A stretch of 62,747 nt of DNA, counting the filler, from Asterionella formosa (lineage: Eukaryota), in the NCBI GenBank assembly GCA_002256025.1. It is 21 parts of 21 records of this genome, joined end to end, with 100 filler letters (N's around TTAATTAATTAA, not from the genome) between each part and the next. Parts side by side here need not be neighbours in the genome. Positions count along the whole stretch, not along the records: positions 8,999 to 11,895 come from NKIB01014681.1; positions 11,996 to 14,891 come from NKIB01014682.1; positions 14,992 to 17,887 come from NKIB01014683.1; positions 17,988 to 20,883 come from NKIB01014684.1; 17 more parts are not named here. One strand, 5' to 3'. A program made the position numbers and the translations under genes. A model generated the notes under the pieces. That model ran no database searches. It was not told the DNA's origin and saw only the letters and a program-made list of their open reading frames with translations. Of the stretch, positions 10,443-20,883 are shown in pieces (positions within the stretch are counted from its first letter, which is position 1; each line of letters starts with the position of its first letter).

Positions 10443-11335
10443 TTTGAATTGTTTTTTTTTGCAATATTTTGCTTTCTAGATGTTTTCTTGATACTAGCTA
10501 TGGGCTATGGATATGTGCTACGTGTGCGTATCATCGTATTAGCGGTACCGGTAGTCTATATGTAGGGATATACCGGTGGTACACATACCGGTATATAGTA
10601 AGCACACATATGTCTAGATGGAACTTATACTGATAATAAAGTACGGTATGTACTCCGGTACCGGTATAGCTGTTCGCATATTAAAACGGATAGTACTCAT
10701 CATACATAGATACAAACATTAAAGGACACCATACTTCAATGTCAAATGTAATGGTCGTGTATGTAAAAAGATGTGTGGATTGATAATCAGCCGCAGGTGT
10801 TGTCTAAAACTGACGTCATTTTGCAGTAACAGCAGTTGACATCAGTTCAGTTCAACCGACAACGTACCTGGTACCTGGTACCAGGTGCCACGATTCTATT
10901 TAGCTCCACCGGACGATCGTCCGGTACCTGGTAGCTATTTGAGAAAACATACTCAAACTGCCTACAGGTATCATCGTCAAGACGAACACGGTGAAGCTAG
11001 TGATTCACGGTTGAAGTAATAATGAAGATCACCTTGATGGCGGTCCCCAGCCTCGAACACATGTATACTCGCAGGCATGAGACCACCTCAGACGTGTCAT
11101 TGCCTCCAGCATTTCATTTTAAAATGATGAATGCTGATGTTAAACTGGTGGACTACTAAGCACAGGTCTGTGGAACTAAAAATATTAATATGTTTGGTTC
11201 AGCATAACAGTCAGTCTCGAAATGGCCTGGTGCAAAATAAAACAATAGCTTCTAGTCAACTCCTTTTCGTGGCAATCATTCGCTGCCAGTCCAAGAAAAA
11301 CTATCAAAGAAATGGCTCGATGTACATGCAATGTA

Positions 11336-11893
11336 TTACTCTAAATCAGGCATCATATCATCACCAGATGCTTGAAATTGTTTGGCAATTGTTTCTTCCG
11401 CCAGAGACCTTGCTAGCTCCTTAACTTCCAAGATTTTACGCACCATGGCGAATTTCTGTCCACCCACATATTTGTACTGACACCGTGCCTTGAGTACTTT
11501 GAATTGTTTTTCGCCAAGTTGCAAAATATCACCACTCGTTGTTTGTTTGTCCAATTGAAATTCCCCCAGAATTGGAAATAATTCCTCATTGTCACTGTTG
11601 GCAATAAAAATACTGGCAGCAATGTTCATGTTCGATGGTCCAGTTCGTGTTTTACGATCTTCTCTCGTCGCCTGTTGGGCCTTGGCCTTTTTAATCTCCA
11701 GCCTGGTGTAGGGATCTGGGGTCGTGAGCTTCACAACAAAAGGCAAGTTGTCCCTATTGTCGGCAATTTCTTCTTTGAACTTGGATCCCTTTTTGCGTTT
11801 CACAGATACCATGTCGCCAGGTGATATCTTGAAATCTCGCGTCGTGGTGTTGTTTCCATTCGGATGGTCCTTGGATGGATCGACGTTCCCGTG
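11336..11893 (-). CDS. Hypothetical protein, 5'-partial; C-terminus resembles DUF6464-like proteins
   Basis: Frame is open to the contig end. LGEFQLDKQTTSGDILQLGEKQFKVLKARCQYKYVGGQKF resembles the remembered cyanobacterial/plant pattern LG...D..P.PG..L..EG..Y.VLERRHRY. Not searched. Confidence 0.6.
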   Translation of the reverse strand, partial: HGNVDPSKDHPNGNNTTTRDFKISPGDMVSVKRKKGSKFKEEIADNRDNLPFVVKLTTPDPYTRLEIKKAKAQQATREDRKTRTGPSNMNIAASIFIANSDNEELFPILGEFQLDKQTTSGDILQLGEKQFKVLKARCQYKYVGGQKFAMVRKILEVKELARSLAEETIAKQFQASGDDMMPDLE

Positions 11894-12020
11894 TTNNNNN
11901 NNNNNNNNNNNNNNNNNNNNNNNNNNNNNNNNNNNNNNNTTAATTAATTAANNNNNNNNNNNNNNNNNNNNNNNNNNNNNNNNNNNNNNNNNNNNTCCGA
12001 CGACATAACCAAAGTTGAGC

Positions 12021-14515
12021 ATGGCCGACCACCAATACCATGCCCAGCAAGCTGTTGCACAACAGAGACCCCCCGGTAGCCGCCCGCAGATGGCAGCGAG
12101 CCTATCAGTGCGAGTGCAGCAGCCCAATCAACAGCAGTCAGCTTCCAGGAAAATGTCACTTGAAGACACAATGCTGGTGACCAAAACTCCGGATGAAGAG
12201 ACTGAGGACGGACGCATTCGCAATCGAGAGGCTGCGACGAGGATTCGAGACGCTTGGATCTACAAGCAGATTCGACTGAGACAGGACGAGTTCACGCAAT
12301 ACAGAACGGTAAGGGCGATGTATTCCTTGCGCGTGGACACAACAAAACACCAGAAAGGACCTGCTTAGCTAGATTTTTCGCTCTCTGAGGCTGCTGCTTG
12401 TTTATCCCATCTAACCCTTCCCTTGCACGTTGCACTGCTCTCCTCGATACGAAGGCTCGAGTGTTTCTAGGATCATGGAATGTCAACGCAAAAGGAAAAG
12501 AGGAGGCGTTGGACGAATGGTTGATCAAGGACTGGGGACCGAATCAGGAATATCCACCTGACATTGTTGCTGTTGGTTTCCAGGAAATGGTCGATCTGAA
12601 TGCTGTCAACGTCACAGTCGACAACAAGTCGCAGGCACGAACGCAATTCTGGGTGGAGCGGATCCGAGCCACCTTGAACGCCCCACAGTATACTCGGAAT
12701 GACCCCGCTCGCGGATACACCCTGCTCACGCAGCGGTATTTGGTTGGGTTGTTGGTCTGCGTCTTTGTTAGGAATCCGCACAGAAACCGAGTCAGGTATG
12801 TTCAAAGTGATAGCGTCGGTGTTGGTGTCATGGGGATGTTGGGGAACAAGGGCGGTGTCAGTATCCGATTGCAGTTTTATGATTCCACCATTTGCGTCAT
12901 TTGTTCCCATTTGGCCGCTCATCGGGAAAACGTTGCAGGGCGAAACAGCGATTTTGCCAACGTCTTCCAAAAAACTACCTTTGATATTGGAGAAGAGGCC
13001 ATTCGAGAAGTCATCCGATCTGGATCTTTGTCTCAGTGGGCCACGGGCTCCTCCAGTGTTGGAGTGCCCGACCACGATGTTGTGTTCTGGATTGGAGATC
13101 TCAATTACCGCATTGACGAATCGCTAACCACGGAAAAGGTTATCGAGCTCGCAGAAAGAGGAGACTTGGACGAGCTCCGTTCTCTGGACCAGTTGAATGT
13201 CGAGCGAGCAGCTGGACGCGTTTTCCAAGGTTTCGAGGAAGGGGTCCTGAGGTTTAGACCGACCTATAAATATCAGCCGGGAACGGATGGCTATGATCAG
13301 CGGCCTGACAAAAAGATTCGTGCGCCAGCATGGTGTGATCGCATCTTGTGGTTGTCCCAAGAACCAGCTCATGTTAAGCAGTTGACTTACAATAGAAGTG
13401 AAACGCCAAACATTTCCGACCACAAGGCTGTGTACTCGACTCTCAATGTTACAATTAAGGATGTCATGCAAGCGAAACGAGAGGCTGTCTATGAGCAGGT
13501 CATGAAGTTGTTGGACAAGTACGAAAACCAAACTTTGCCAATGGTCGGTCTCGATCGAATCAATTTGGACTTTGGGCACATTCGGTATGAGGAGAGCATT
13601 ACTCTTCCTATCAATATTACCAACACTGGAAAAGTTGTTGCTCAATTCAGATTCGTTCCAAAGCTCGACGAAAGCACGCTATGCAAGCCCTGGATGAGTG
13701 TAGCGCCAACGTATGGTATGCTGATCCCCGGTGAGAATCCTGCGACGATTAACTTTTCAATTGAGATCAGTAATTCCACCGCAAACTTGTTAAATACCGG
13801 GAGGGAAGTTCTCGACGACATTTTGATCCTTCGGCTAGAAAATGGACGAGACTACTACATCACAATTAAGGCGCAGTATGCTCGATCTTGCTTTGGTATG
13901 TCAGTAGACGAGCTCGTCATGTATACTGATCCAATTCGCCAAGTTCCTCTCGACCCCATCAAGCGGGCCGAGAAGTACGATCCAACCCCTTCTTCTGCAT
14001 TGTGTGTCCCGAAGGAGTTGTGGCGAATCATTGATGCCATCTACGAGCGGGGTCTGCAAGAAAAGGATCTCTTTATGATCCCTGGCATGCCTGCAGAAGT
14101 CAACCAGATTCGAGAATGCTTAGATACTGGAGCTCCGCTTGCTAATTTCCACATTCACTCTTTAGTGGAAGCCATGGTTTCCTTTTTGTCTAGTCTGTCG
14201 ACGCAAATCGTCCCTCCGTCATTGTTTCCTACTTTAGAGATCGACTCACAAAACATGCAGTCACTTGCGCGCAAATTTCTCGAGGAGTTACCACCAATTC
14301 ATTACAATGTCTTTGTTTACCTCATGTCATTTTTCCGGGAAGCTCTTGTGTACAAGGAGAGTAACAGGCTAACTGCTGCAAAGCTGGCTAGAATTTGCTG
14401 CAGTTGTATGGTTGTCGGCAACAATGGTCGAATGGATGATTCCGAGAAGGCAATGCAGAGAAGGAATGGGATGCAATTGATCATGATGCATTTGTTGGAG
14501 ACGAATTCAATTTAA
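12021..14515 (+). CDS. OCRL: OCRL/INPP5B-type inositol polyphosphate 5-phosphatase (5-phosphatase, ASH, RhoGAP-like); exons 12021-12308 and 12455-14515
   Basis: GSWNVN, VGFQEMV, GNKGGV, SHLAAH, FWIGDLNYR, PTYKY, PAWCDRIL, SDHKAV. ASH region with LDDILILRLENGRDYY and SCFG. RhoGAP-like VPKELWR. GT-AG intron 12309-12454 with a CTAAC branch site. Confidence 0.93.
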
Positions 14516-14991
14516 GACTAAAATCGGAATAGCCTCAGCTTTTCTACAAATATTACTCTAATGAAACATTTTTCACAGATTCGCCCACAGTAGTACAGCT
14601 GCAAAACTGTAAATGACTGTCGTTCTCAAATACAAAAAGTAATCTAGTTGTAGGTACCATAGGGCTGGCTAGAGCACCATGAAATGAACAGTTCTAAACA
14701 CATGGGTTGATATGTTTCATTACTTTTTTTATGAGAAAACAACTCAGGGCTTATATAGCAGTGCCTGTGAGGTCGCACTGGGGCGAGAAGGCCCTGGGAA
14801 GGCGCAAGAACCTAAATGTGGTTGTCAGAACGGCAGAGGATTGTACAGACAGTAAGAAATGGGCGGATGAATCCCTGGCGGCATTTGTTGTNNNNNNNNN
14901 NNNNNNNNNNNNNNNNNNNNNNNNNNNNNNNNNNNTTAATTAATTAANNNNNNNNNNNNNNNNNNNNNNNNNNNNNNNNNNNNNNNNNNNN

Positions 14992-16209
14992 GGTTGCAAA
15001 ACGAAAATAACTGCTAACGAAAGAATCGGAGTGATGCTTATTGCCTGTGTTGTCATGGCATGTGATGCTGGAATCAAAATCTGCCGAGAAGAAAGTGGTA
15101 TGACCAATCAAGAAATTCGAAACTTTCAAGGTCTATTCGAAGGGATGCTCTGCTACAATGCCTGGTTTAGTAAAGAGAGTTTTGATGTGGGAAATTTACC
15201 ACAGGAACACCAAAGCGTTGTCAACTATTTTACTAAGCTGGTAAAAGAATGCCCGAGAACAACAACCTCTCAGGGATGGAAGCTTGTGAAGTTTCATCAA
15301 CAGATGCATACTGTAAGAAACATTCATCGTTTCGGAAGTCCACAGGTTTTTAATGGAGGCCCAATGGAAAAGAATCTTAAATTCTTGTGTAAATTACCAG
15401 CCAGGACTTCCCAGAAACGCAAAGATGTGATGGATATTCAAAGTGGGGCGAGAATGGTGGAGAACATGGTGATCGGAACCGCTTGTAGTCAGTTTCTTGG
15501 CGAAGATATTGGAGATTTACAAAACAAATTGGAAGCTGTCCCAGTTGACGTTGGAATTGTGAAATCCAAAACAGGAGGTACTCGATATTCTCTTCTGATT
15601 GAAGAAGATGGAAATGGTGAATTTGAGATTGCCAGGGTTTCATCATCATCAAGTAGCATCCGGAAAACTGGGATTGACCGAGATCTGGTGCGAGTTCTAG
15701 GCGACCAACTCCTTCCTTTCATTTTGTCAATGGAAATTGAAGTGATGTGCGACCACACTCGAAGTGAAAACGTAATATTTCATGCCCATCCAAGCTACCG
15801 TGGTGGTCATTCCTGGTATGATTGGGCAGAGTTTGCTTGGTTAGATGGAGAAACAGGAGTTGAGTCAACTGTGCTTGGCCAGATCTACGGTTTTATTGAA
15901 TTGGGATTGGGTCCATCTTCGATCAATTTCACTGATCCAAGATTACCATCATCCTTGAGAAATCAAAGCCCCGGTGTCTTTGCAATTATTCACTCTTGTA
16001 AATATGCCTCAGAACCTTTGCACAACTACTCAAGGTTGCTGTTAGGGGCTGATCTCACATTGGATCGACATGGAAACAAAGGACTTTTGTTTGTTCCCGT
16101 GGATTGCATTCATTCTCCTGCTGTTGTTGTTCCTAATTTAGGAGCCTCTCCAGGTAAGGTGATTCAAATCAAGCCGCAGTCTGCCTGGGCATCCCTATTC
16201 CATTTTTGA
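14992..16209 (+). CDS. Plavaka/CMC-like transposase, C-terminal part (5'-partial), copy 1
   Basis: WKLVKFHQQMHTVRNIHRFGSPQVFNGGPMEKNLKFLCK fits the K.H...H....I..FG......E pattern of Plavaka/CACTA-type transposases. Also FHAHPSYRGGHSWYDW. Multicopy in this window. Confidence 0.7.
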   Translation, partial: GCKTKITANERIGVMLIACVVMACDAGIKICREESGMTNQEIRNFQGLFEGMLCYNAWFSKESFDVGNLPQEHQSVVNYFTKLVKECPRTTTSQGWKLVKFHQQMHTVRNIHRFGSPQVFNGGPMEKNLKFLCKLPARTSQKRKDVMDIQSGARMVENMVIGTACSQFLGEDIGDLQNKLEAVPVDVGIVKSKTGGTRYSLLIEEDGNGEFEIARVSSSSSSIRKTGIDRDLVRVLGDQLLPFILSMEIEVMCDHTRSENVIFHAHPSYRGGHSWYDWAEFAWLDGETGVESTVLGQIYGFIELGLGPSSINFTDPRLPSSLRNQSPGVFAIIHSCKYASEPLHNYSRLLLGADLTLDRHGNKGLLFVPVDCIHSPAVVVPNLGASPGKVIQIKPQSAWASLFHF

Positions 16210-16419
16210 TTTGCTGGTTGATGCGATTGCATAAAGCAATCTATGAAAGAAATGTTAAGATAAAATTTGTAGTTGATGATGTGGAAACGATTAATATTAC
16301 TACAAAACCAACAAAAAAGGGAAGTAAGGTAACATATAATTATCAATTTTTATAGAAATCATTAATCTCCTTGATTCATTAGTAAGGTATTAGGAGATGC
16401 TAAACATTCACTCATTTAC

Positions 16420-17886
16420 TCACAATGCAGATTCATGGTCAGAATCAATCACTTTGGACTTGTCCTCCTCATCTAACTTGGAATCCGATTTTTCACCACC
16501 AGTAGAGGTTTCACAACTAGTTGAGGACACAGCAGAAGACGAGGTTTCAGAGGAGGATGGGGTTGTAGATGGAGAACGTAAAAGATTCTCGCCATCGGCA
16601 GGGACATGGATGAGAACTTTTCCTGGGATGGAAACATTCTCAGAGAGAATAGAATATTTTTGAAGGCCTTTTTTGGGCATCGTATTACCTTTTTCTTTTC
16701 GAGCAACATTAACTTCATTCTTTGCAAAGAAAGGTGGGACAGTAGGTTGGATTTTTTTGACAGATTTTTCAACAGATTTGAGAAATTCCAAAGAAGGACC
16801 ATCCTCGGAGACATTGGAACTATCTTCGTCTTGGCTTTGTGAATTCAGCTTGCTGGTGTGCTCTGTTGGAGGCACAGGTTTGGGTACCGGTTTGATATGA
16901 TCCTTCTTCTGGAGAATAAGACGAAGTCTACCCTTCGTGACCTCATCATCCTTCTTGTCGACCGCAGGCACCTCCTTCACACTTGATTTCTGAACAGACT
17001 TGAGAAATTCCAAAGAAGGAACATCCTCTGAGAGAATGGAACTATCTTCGTCGTCTTTGCCTTGCGGAATCACTCTGGTGGTATGCTGAATCACTCTGGT
17101 GATATGCTTGGATGGAGGCACAGGTTTCAGACCAGGTTGGACATGATCCTGCTGGAGGGAGATAGAATGTGGGAGCTTGATGATAGACCAGGTTTCACCT
17201 AAAGTTTCATCTGTGTTCCTATCTCGCTGGAGGGTAAGATGTGGACCCTTCTCGACCTGCTTATGATCCTTGCCGTTGATCCCAAGCAACTTCATATTCG
17301 ATTTTTCAACAGACTTGAGAAATTCCATCGAAGGACCAGCATCTGAGGCATCCTCTGAGGCGATGGAAATATCTTCTTCGTCTTTGCCTTGTCGATTAGC
17401 CTTGGTGGTGTGCTTTGTTGAGGCCACAGGTTTGAGGGCAGGGTCCAATACTGGAGGTGCTGGTCGATGAACAAAAACCACAGTGGCATTGCCACTGTTT
17501 TCCTTACGCGCATTTTTCTCTGATTGAGCTGCTGATTCAAGAACTGAATCATTAGTATTTGAATCATAATTCTTGGTGCTCCGGTCAAATCTCAAGTGGA
17601 CAGGATTTTTGACTGGACTAGAAATATTGTTAAGCAAAGCTGGTGGAGTTGGGACCACAGCTTCTTTGGCCTTTACAATGTTCTTTTCCTTGGAAGAAAT
17701 CAAGGTTTCTTGCTCGATGTTTTTACGCCCCTCATTGTTAATGTTGGTCAAAGGTGGTGAAGGTAGGACCTGAACATCAACAATTCTCTTGGAGTCAAAC
17801 CTGTTGGAAACGCCAAAAGTAGGGTCTTGAAAACTGTGCATCCACTTTGCACTCTCTTTCACACCCTTGTTCCCAGTGAGAGGCGA
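16420..17886 (-). CDS. Low-complexity Ser/Lys/Asp/Pro-rich partner ORF, convergent with the transposase (5'-partial), copy 1
   Basis: Over 480 open codons. Three repeats of about 45 aa (KPV..TKHT..Q.KD.EDSS..SED.PSLEFLKSVEKS). Same arrangement in contigs 7 and 18. Confidence 0.7.
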   Translation of the reverse strand, partial: SPLTGNKGVKESAKWMHSFQDPTFGVSNRFDSKRIVDVQVLPSPPLTNINNEGRKNIEQETLISSKEKNIVKAKEAVVPTPPALLNNISSPVKNPVHLRFDRSTKNYDSNTNDSVLESAAQSEKNARKENSGNATVVFVHRPAPPVLDPALKPVASTKHTTKANRQGKDEEDISIASEDASDAGPSMEFLKSVEKSNMKLLGINGKDHKQVEKGPHLTLQRDRNTDETLGETWSIIKLPHSISLQQDHVQPGLKPVPPSKHITRVIQHTTRVIPQGKDDEDSSILSEDVPSLEFLKSVQKSSVKEVPAVDKKDDEVTKGRLRLILQKKDHIKPVPKPVPPTEHTSKLNSQSQDEDSSNVSEDGPSLEFLKSVEKSVKKIQPTVPPFFAKNEVNVARKEKGNTMPKKGLQKYSILSENVSIPGKVLIHVPADGENLLRSPSTTPSSSETSSSAVSSTSCETSTGGEKSDSKLDEEDKSKVIDSDHESAL

Positions 17887-17988
17887 CNNNNNNNNNNNNN
17901 NNNNNNNNNNNNNNNNNNNNNNNNNNNNNNNTTAATTAATTAANNNNNNNNNNNNNNNNNNNNNNNNNNNNNNNNNNNNNNNNNNNNG

Positions 17989-19455
17989 TCGCCTCTCACT
18001 GGGAACAAGGGTGTGAAAGAGAGTGCAAAGTGGATGCACAGTTTTCAAGACCCTACTTTTGGCGTTTCCAACAGGTTTGACTCCAAGAGAATTGTTGATG
18101 TTCAGGTCCTACCTTCACCACCTTTGACCAACATTAACAATGAGGGGCGTAAAAACATCGAGCAAGAAACCTTGATTTCTTCCAAGGAAAAGAACATTGT
18201 AAAGGCCAAAGAAGCTGTGGTCCCAACTCCACCAGCTTTGCTTAACAATATTTCTAGTCCAGTCAAAAATCCTGTCCACTTGAGATTTGACCGGAGCACC
18301 AAGAATTATGATTCAAATACTAATGATTCAGTTCTTGAATCAGCAGCTCAATCAGAGAAAAATGCGCGTAAGGAAAACAGTGGCAATGCCACTGTGGTTT
18401 TTGTTCATCGACCAGCACCTCCAGTATTGGACCCTGCCCTCAAACCTGTGGCCTCAACAAAGCACACCACCAAGGCTAATCGACAAGGCAAAGACGAAGA
18501 AGATATTTCCATCGCCTCAGAGGATGCCTCAGATGCTGGTCCTTCGATGGAATTTCTCAAGTCTGTTGAAAAATCGAATATGAAGTTGCTTGGGATCAAC
18601 GGCAAGGATCATAAGCAGGTCGAGAAGGGTCCACATCTTACCCTCCAGCGAGATAGGAACACAGATGAAACTTTAGGTGAAACCTGGTCTATCATCAAGC
18701 TCCCACATTCTATCTCCCTCCAGCAGGATCATGTCCAACCTGGTCTGAAACCTGTGCCTCCATCCAAGCATATCACCAGAGTGATTCAGCATACCACCAG
18801 AGTGATTCCGCAAGGCAAAGACGACGAAGATAGTTCCATTCTCTCAGAGGATGTTCCTTCTTTGGAATTTCTCAAGTCTGTTCAGAAATCAAGTGTGAAG
18901 GAGGTGCCTGCGGTCGACAAGAAGGATGATGAGGTCACGAAGGGTAGACTTCGTCTTATTCTCCAGAAGAAGGATCATATCAAACCGGTACCCAAACCTG
19001 TGCCTCCAACAGAGCACACCAGCAAGCTGAATTCACAAAGCCAAGACGAAGATAGTTCCAATGTCTCCGAGGATGGTCCTTCTTTGGAATTTCTCAAATC
19101 TGTTGAAAAATCTGTCAAAAAAATCCAACCTACTGTCCCACCTTTCTTTGCAAAGAATGAAGTTAATGTTGCTCGAAAAGAAAAAGGTAATACGATGCCC
19201 AAAAAAGGCCTTCAAAAATATTCTATTCTCTCTGAGAATGTTTCCATCCCAGGAAAAGTTCTCATCCATGTCCCTGCCGATGGCGAGAATCTTTTACGTT
19301 CTCCATCTACAACCCCATCCTCCTCTGAAACCTCGTCTTCTGCTGTGTCCTCAACTAGTTGTGAAACCTCTACTGGTGGTGAAAAATCGGATTCCAAGTT
19401 AGATGAGGAGGACAAGTCCAAAGTGATTGATTCTGACTGTGAATCTGCATTGTGA
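17989..19455 (+). CDS. Partner ORF, copy 2 (5'-partial)
   Basis: Reverse complement of copy 1. The protein differs only near the C-terminus (DHES vs DCES). Confidence 0.7.
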   Translation, partial: SPLTGNKGVKESAKWMHSFQDPTFGVSNRFDSKRIVDVQVLPSPPLTNINNEGRKNIEQETLISSKEKNIVKAKEAVVPTPPALLNNISSPVKNPVHLRFDRSTKNYDSNTNDSVLESAAQSEKNARKENSGNATVVFVHRPAPPVLDPALKPVASTKHTTKANRQGKDEEDISIASEDASDAGPSMEFLKSVEKSNMKLLGINGKDHKQVEKGPHLTLQRDRNTDETLGETWSIIKLPHSISLQQDHVQPGLKPVPPSKHITRVIQHTTRVIPQGKDDEDSSILSEDVPSLEFLKSVQKSSVKEVPAVDKKDDEVTKGRLRLILQKKDHIKPVPKPVPPTEHTSKLNSQSQDEDSSNVSEDGPSLEFLKSVEKSVKKIQPTVPPFFAKNEVNVARKEKGNTMPKKGLQKYSILSENVSIPGKVLIHVPADGENLLRSPSTTPSSSETSSSAVSSTSCETSTGGEKSDSKLDEEDKSKVIDSDCESAL

Positions 19456-19665
19456 GTAAATGAGTGAATGTTTAGCATCTCCTTCTACCTTACTAATGAA
19501 TCAAGGAGATTAATGATTTCTATAAAAATTGATAATTATATGTTACCTTACTTCCCTTGTTTGTTGGTTTTGTAGTAATATTAATCGTTTCCACATCTTC
19601 AACTACAAATTTTTTCTTAACATTTCTTTCATAGATTGCTTTATGCAATCGCATCATCCAGCAAA

Positions 19666-20883
19666 TCAAAAGTTGAATAGGGATGCCCAGGCAGACTGCG
19701 GCTTGATTTGAATCACCTTACCTGGAGAGGCTCCTAAATTAGGAACAACAACAGCAGGAGAATGAATGCAATCCACGGGAACAAACAAAAGTCCTTTGTT
19801 TCCATGTCGATCCAATGTGAGATCAGCCCCTAACAGCAACCTTGAGTAGTTGTGCAAAGGTTCTGAGGCATATTTACAAGATTGAATAATTGCAAAGACA
19901 CCGGGGCTTTGATTTCTCAAGGATGATGGTAATCTTGGATCAGTGAAATTGATCGAAGACGGACCCAATCCCAATTCAATAAAACCGTAGATCTGGCCAA
20001 GCACAATTGACTCAACTCCTGTTTCTCCATCTAACCAAGCAAACTCTGCCCAATCATACCAGGAATGACCACCACGGTAGCTTGGATGGGCATGAAATAT
20101 TACGTTGTCACTACGAGTGTGGTCGCACATCACTTCAATTTCCATGGACAAAATGAAAGGAAGGAGTTGGTCGCCTAGAACTCGCACCAGATCTCGGTCA
20201 ACCCCAGTTTTGCAGATGCTACTTGATGATGATGAAACCCTGGCAATCTCAAATTCACCATTTCCATCTTCTTCAATCAGAAGAGAATATCGAGTACCTC
20301 CTGTTTTGGATTTCACAATTCCAACGTCAACTGGGACAGCTTCCAATTTGTATTGTAAATCTCCAATATCTTCGCCAAGAAACTGACTACAAGCGGTTCC
20401 GATCACCATGTTCTCCACCATTCTCGCCCCACTTTGAATATCCATCACATCTTTGCGTTTCTGGGAAGTCCTGGCTGGTAATTTACACAAGAATTTAAGA
20501 TTCTTTTCCATTAGACCTCCATTAAAAACCTGTGGACTTCCGAAACGATGAATGTTTCTTACAGTATGCATCTGTTGATGAAACTTCGCAAGCTTCCATC
20601 CCTGAGAGGTTGTTGTTCTCGGGCATTCTTTTACCAGCTTAGTAAAATAGTTGACAACGCTTTGGTGTTCCTGTGGTAAATTTCCCACATCAAAACTCTC
20701 TTTACTAAACCAGGCATTGTAGCAGAGCATCCCTTCGAATAGACCTTGAAAGTTTCGAATTTCTTGATTGGTCATACCACTTTCTTCTCGGCAGATTTTG
20801 ATTCCAGCATCACATGCCATGACAACACAGGCAATAAGCATCACTCCGATTCTTTCGTTAGCAGTTATTTTCGTTTTGCAACC
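19666..20883 (-). CDS. Plavaka/CMC-like transposase, C-terminal part, copy 2
   Basis: Near-identical to 14992-16209 with a few substitutions (LVK/LAK, GGP/GGL, FHF/FNF). Confidence 0.7.
   Translation of the reverse strand, partial: GCKTKITANERIGVMLIACVVMACDAGIKICREESGMTNQEIRNFQGLFEGMLCYNAWFSKESFDVGNLPQEHQSVVNYFTKLVKECPRTTTSQGWKLAKFHQQMHTVRNIHRFGSPQVFNGGLMEKNLKFLCKLPARTSQKRKDVMDIQSGARMVENMVIGTACSQFLGEDIGDLQYKLEAVPVDVGIVKSKTGGTRYSLLIEEDGNGEFEIARVSSSSSSICKTGVDRDLVRVLGDQLLPFILSMEIEVMCDHTRSDNVIFHAHPSYRGGHSWYDWAEFAWLDGETGVESIVLGQIYGFIELGLGPSSINFTDPRLPSSLRNQSPGVFAIIQSCKYASEPLHNYSRLLLGADLTLDRHGNKGLLFVPVDCIHSPAVVVPNLGASPGKVIQIKPQSAWASLFNF

Noticed and set aside
14992..20883. Apparent 5.9-kb giant palindrome centred on 17938
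   Set aside because: Two separate equal-length contigs (allelic or paralogous bubble arms) placed side by side by size sorting; the centre is the artificial linker.
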